Shown in pieces: positions 60,216 through 64,000 of a stretch of DNA of 64,000 nt; the first letter of the stretch is position 1; the number at the start of each line of letters is the position of its first letter. The translations under genes and the position numbers were made by a program. The notes beneath the pieces were generated by a model. The model did no database searches. It was not told the origin of the DNA and saw nothing but the letters and a program-made list of their open reading frames with translations. Origin of the DNA: Pachysolen tannophilus NRRL Y-2460 (Eukaryota). The DNA is taken from assembly GCA_001661245.1 (NCBI GenBank), contig KV454014.1, positions 62,001 through 126,000 of the forward strand. The letters are read 5' to 3'.

Positions 60216-61286
60216 TCAATGGCGGATATTGGAAAAGACTCTTCCTTCAGGTAAACCGTATAATTTTCTAACATTATTAACATTTCTATCCCATTGACTT
60301 CTGAAAACATGAGCACCAATAGGTTGTAAATGAGCTTCTTTAACAAATTTTCTAATATCGAAAAATTCTCTTTTAATATTTTCAGCAATTGTATTTGTAT
60401 CTAATTTTTTGTTTTCTGTTTGTTTGAAAACCCAGATACATAATCTATTTATTGGAGCATTTTTCTCTGGAGTTGGAGGAATATATTCAATAAGTTCAGA
60501 ATTTTCAGAAGAAAGTAATTTAGCAGCATTAATTTCATTATCAACATTGGATAATTCAATATCACTAATTGCCCAATGTAAAGTTGTTGAAAAAGAATCA
60601 TTTTCTAAATCTGGTACATCAGGGTTAACAATTAAAACAGTATATAAATCATTATTAATTTTTTCAAATTCTGTTATTTTAAACATTGGAGGTTTTAAAG
60701 TAACATTTGATGATAAAATTTCACCTGGTGAAATCCATTTTTCAACATTATTATGTGGAAATTTCAATTTAACATCAACTTTTGGATCTAATGTAGGTAA
60801 AGTATCTGGAATAACATGAAGAGATTCTAATCTTTGCATTAATAACATTCTATCATGAGATTCCCAATTTTTTTTTAAATAATATCTATAAACAGGTTGT
60901 GTCAAATCCAAAGAATTTAAATTATAATTTGAATTAAATAAAACTTCTGGATTATAAAGTTCAGATTTAATTAATAAATTTTCAATCTCGTTTTGTAATA
61001 AACTTTTTTCATTAAAATCTTGTACTTTTGATAATTTTTGCTCTAAATTTTCAATCTTTTCATAAAAACCTTCACTCTGCTTCTCCAATATTTCATAAGC
61101 CATAGGATAAATACTATCCATTCCTATAGGAGAATCATACTTTATCCTACTCGATCTTTTCTTTAATGTTGCAGGACCTCCTGGTAAATCAGGACTCAAT
61201 AATGCCTGCTTGATAGCACTGCTCTTCACAGACAACGAAGGCGACCTCTTCAGAAAATTAGACCAAATCCCTTTTGATATCGACAT
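60216..61286 (-). CDS. MRPL35: Mitochondrial ribosomal protein mL38 (PEBP-like)
   Basis: LMQRLESLHVIPDTLPTLDP.VDV, LIVNPDVPDLENDSF.T.LHW, YIPPTPEKN, GAHVFRSQWD. ATG at 61286. Confidence 0.95.
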   Translation of the reverse strand: MSISKGIWSNFLKRSPSLSVKSSAIKQALLSPDLPGGPATLKKRSSRIKYDSPIGMDSIYPMAYEILEKQSEGFYEKIENLEQKLSKVQDFNEKSLLQNEIENLLIKSELYNPEVLFNSNYNLNSLDLTQPVYRYYLKKNWESHDRMLLMQRLESLHVIPDTLPTLDPKVDVKLKFPHNNVEKWISPGEILSSNVTLKPPMFKITEFEKINNDLYTVLIVNPDVPDLENDSFSTTLHWAISDIELSNVDNEINAAKLLSSENSELIEYIPPTPEKNAPINRLCIWVFKQTENKKLDTNTIAENIKREFFDIRKFVKEAHLQPIGAHVFRSQWDRNVNNVRKLYGLPEGRVFSNIRH

Positions 61287-61789
61287 CACTATAATTTACC
61301 TGAATTAATTCCAACTCTTTTTTTTTCCTTTCTTTTTATATATATGTCTTTTTTTTGAAAACAACAGCAACAACTTGAGTTTTCTCTCTATATTATCATC
61401 AACTTCGTTGGTTTCCTGCTTTTGAAAAATTTTAGCAGGTGGTGAGCGGTGAAAAATGAAAAGTTTCTTTTTTGGGAAATTTGATTTTGAGCGCACGACA
61501 TACTTTTAAAATGTATTTTCTTTATTTCTATTTGATTTGATTTGAATTGATCATTATCAGATGAATTTTGTGTTTTGTCTATCTGGCTACAACTATTGCT
61601 CTTTCAATTTGAAGAATGTTTGTTCATTATAATGCGCATAAAGATAATACAAAAAAGGGTGGGAAAAAAAAAGAATAAAAACACACATTCCATTGAATGA
61701 AATATGATAACTCAAAATATGTATATGTAGAAATAAAATTATAAAAAGTAAAAAAGTACAAATTGGAATGAAATTATGTCCTTAACCTT

Positions 61790-64000
61790 TTAATTCTCTG
61801 GAGGTTGGTAGAATTCAATTTTTAGTCCATTGTCGTGACCTTCGCATCTCATTTTCTTAAAGCTGATCCTACTTCTATTGATATTAGGACTGCTACCGAA
61901 TGGAATTGTATTTGAGCTTGATCTTGATGATGCCGACAACGGCGATGACGAATTATTATTATTATTATTGTTATTGTTATGATTATTCTTCTCCATATGA
62001 CTGATATTAGCAGTTATTAGGCTGCTGTTACTGCTGTTGTTATTTAAAATTGGAGTATTGCATGCAGTAGTGGCCATTCTCACCGGTAATGCTCGGCGTT
62101 GCAAAGGTCTGTTTAGTTCATTTGTAAAACTGGTTGGTTCCTTGTGAACAAATTGAAGTGATGGTGGAGGATAATTATTGGGTTCGTCAATAGCGTCATA
62201 ACTGTACGACTGTGATCTCATCCCCATCGGTGGTCTTGTTGGGTGTGGAGGAATGAAAGTACTGTTGAAAACTGGGGGAGTACTTTGAGGAACAACAAGT
62301 GCAGGATGGGTAGAAGTCCTAAATTGTCGTGGATGAGGTTGAGGTTGTGGTTGCGGTTGTGGTTGTGGTTGAGTTTGTGGTAATATCTGTTGTTGATGTT
62401 GATTTAAAAATGCATTAGTGAGAAAAGGATGAGCACCTCCATTTTGAGGGTATAACACAAATCTTGTTTGTGATGCAGGAGCTGAATTTAAAGCTTGCCA
62501 AGGTTGACCATAATAATGCAGGAATTGTGGTTGCAAATCATTAGGTGTCTGGTTTGTATTAATATTCAAAGTATTAACATTGGCATTGACGTTGGCATTG
62601 GCATAAATGTTGTAATTGTTATTATTATTGTTATTACTATTGCTGATATTGCTCTGATACCTTTGCGACCGATGAATATTTAACAGATTTTGGTGAGAAT
62701 CACGATTCTGCATCGTCATTCCAATATTGTTGAGCTGATGTTGAAGGTAATCTGGATCAGGAAACTTCCTAAAGCTGCTGCTACTAACACTTTCAGAACG
62801 CACGAATCTATGCGAAGAACGTTGATTCTGCGATTCGACTTCGCCAAATGATTTTGATCTAGTTCTCTTGTGACCCAAAGTATTTTTTGAATCTTTAAAA
62901 TTCCCCGTTATGACTTTTGAAATAAGTTTTGAATTTAAAACAGGTGTACTACACGTAGATTCAGACAGTGAGTCTGACTGTTCATTAATATCTTTAAACG
63001 ATCCTCTTTGAGATGACGATGCAGGAGTTTTATTTTGTTGCTTCTTGAACAAAAATTCCAAATCCTCCTTAACTTTATCTTCATCCACATTATCGCGATT
63101 GCCTTGAGTATTATTATTTGTGACATTTTCATCTTTAGTATGATATTTGATTTTCTTATTAATTTCAATAAGTTCATACTCAATTGATGCTCCATTTTCA
63201 GCAGATCTCTCGTGGAATTCCCAGATTAAGTGAAGCAGATCGGTGTTCAAGTTCTCCTTCGAGTGAGAAGTGTTATTATCAACTAGAGTTTGTGAAATTG
63301 TTATATCATTAATCTTATCGTCATCAGACCCATTCAAAATCCAGGTCAAGTATCCACCCCAAAATGAAGAATGAAATGGAATTTTAAGATTATAAGTAAT
63401 ATAATCATTTGAAATCAGCAGTGATGGCATTTTAAATCCAATAATAGGTTCCGATTTAGTTTCTATTAATTGATCTTTATTATAAATCTTGGTGAAACAT
63501 TTATAGTTCAATATTGATGGAGAGTGTATTTGATTTCGATTTTGAATTTTAACTGGAATATGAACTAATAATTCAACTGAAGATACAAAATTCCCCAAGG
63601 CCAAATCAAAATTTTTCTTGTTATTATTTGCTGACATTGGAGAATTGCTGTTATTACAGCTACCATTGGTATTACTAATCTCATTTAAAGAAATAAAAGC
63701 TTTAATACAAAGATATTTTTGTAAACTGCCATGTGCAGATGAGATCAGATCTTGAATACATGAAATGAGGTTCTGATTATTTTGAGTCAATTCAAATAAA
63801 GTACGATCATCTTTTGATGAAATTGTCTTGATTTTTTCATATGTTGATGTTTTTGATTTCTTAAATTCTGAAAATTTAAAGTTGTTACCATTATTATAGT
63901 TGAACATTAAATTGAATTTATTCAATTCAAATTTGTAATCATAAAAATATTGTTGAATCTCATTAACAGAACTAGAAGTTGTTGAAGCATGTAAATTGAT
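61790..64000 (-). CDS. Hypothetical protein (5'-partial) with folded-looking N-terminal half and Gln/Pro/Asn-rich C-terminal half
   Basis: Frame is open from the window edge (64000) to the stop at 61790, more than 730 codons. No family recognised. Confidence 0.75.
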   Translation of the reverse strand: MNLHASTTSSSVNEIQQYFYDYKFELNKFNLMFNYNNGNNFKFSEFKKSKTSTYEKIKTISSKDDRTLFELTQNNQNLISCIQDLISSAHGSLQKYLCIKAFISLNEISNTNGSCNNSNSPMSANNNKKNFDLALGNFVSSVELLVHIPVKIQNRNQIHSPSILNYKCFTKIYNKDQLIETKSEPIIGFKMPSLLISNDYITYNLKIPFHSSFWGGYLTWILNGSDDDKINDITISQTLVDNNTSHSKENLNTDLLHLIWEFHERSAENGASIEYELIEINKKIKYHTKDENVTNNNTQGNRDNVDEDKVKEDLEFLFKKQQNKTPASSSQRGSFKDINEQSDSLSESTCSTPVLNSKLISKVITGNFKDSKNTLGHKRTRSKSFGEVESQNQRSSHRFVRSESVSSSSFRKFPDPDYLQHQLNNIGMTMQNRDSHQNLLNIHRSQRYQSNISNSNNNNNNNYNIYANANVNANVNTLNINTNQTPNDLQPQFLHYYGQPWQALNSAPASQTRFVLYPQNGGAHPFLTNAFLNQHQQQILPQTQPQPQPQPQPQPHPRQFRTSTHPALVVPQSTPPVFNSTFIPPHPTRPPMGMRSQSYSYDAIDEPNNYPPPSLQFVHKEPTSFTNELNRPLQRRALPVRMATTACNTPILNNNSSNSSLITANISHMEKNNHNNNNNNNNNSSSPLSASSRSSSNTIPFGSSPNINRSRISFKKMRCEGHDNGLKIEFYQPPEN

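Overview
AT-rich budding-yeast (Saccharomycotina) nuclear DNA from a draft assembly with three N-gaps. In-frame CTG codons mostly fall where Ala, not Leu, is expected, which points to the CUG-Ala clade (Pachysolen/Nakazawaea/Peterozyma type); the species cannot be fixed from the sequence. There are 27 protein-coding genes, in order: SSK1 (partial), BBC1, GCN2, CTS2, an ethanolamine kinase, DPP1, ZIP1, a YDR286C-like glutaredoxin-fold gene, MUK1, an orphan membrane protein, BEM1, a large disordered protein, a Yap6/Cin5-type bZIP, HSP78, SNA2, RBA50, a TMEM205-like gene, a tiny YDR524C-B-like secreted/GPI protein, AGE1, SPS1, PTC7, TIM11, PEP7, AKR1, NMD2, MRPL35 and a partial unknown gene. The window also holds an elongator tRNA-Met and an H/ACA snoRNA read from structure (snR84-like, predicted to guide 25S Psi2266). 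Four genes are spliced and are broken or missed by the ORF track: ZIP1 (2 introns), SNA2, SPS1 and NMD2. The most interesting unexplained items are: (i) ZIP1 introns with hairpin-occluded or non-consensus splice sites around an in-frame skippable 81-nt exon; (ii) an inverted array of seven telomere/Rap1-like GGTGTRGGRTGT motifs between TIM11 and PEP7; (iii) a dense TACGTA cluster in a 3-kb intergenic region; (iv) a 170-codon open extension upstream of DPP1. No transposon or CRISPR array was recognised. All homology and synteny statements come from recalled S. cerevisiae sequences, not from database searches.
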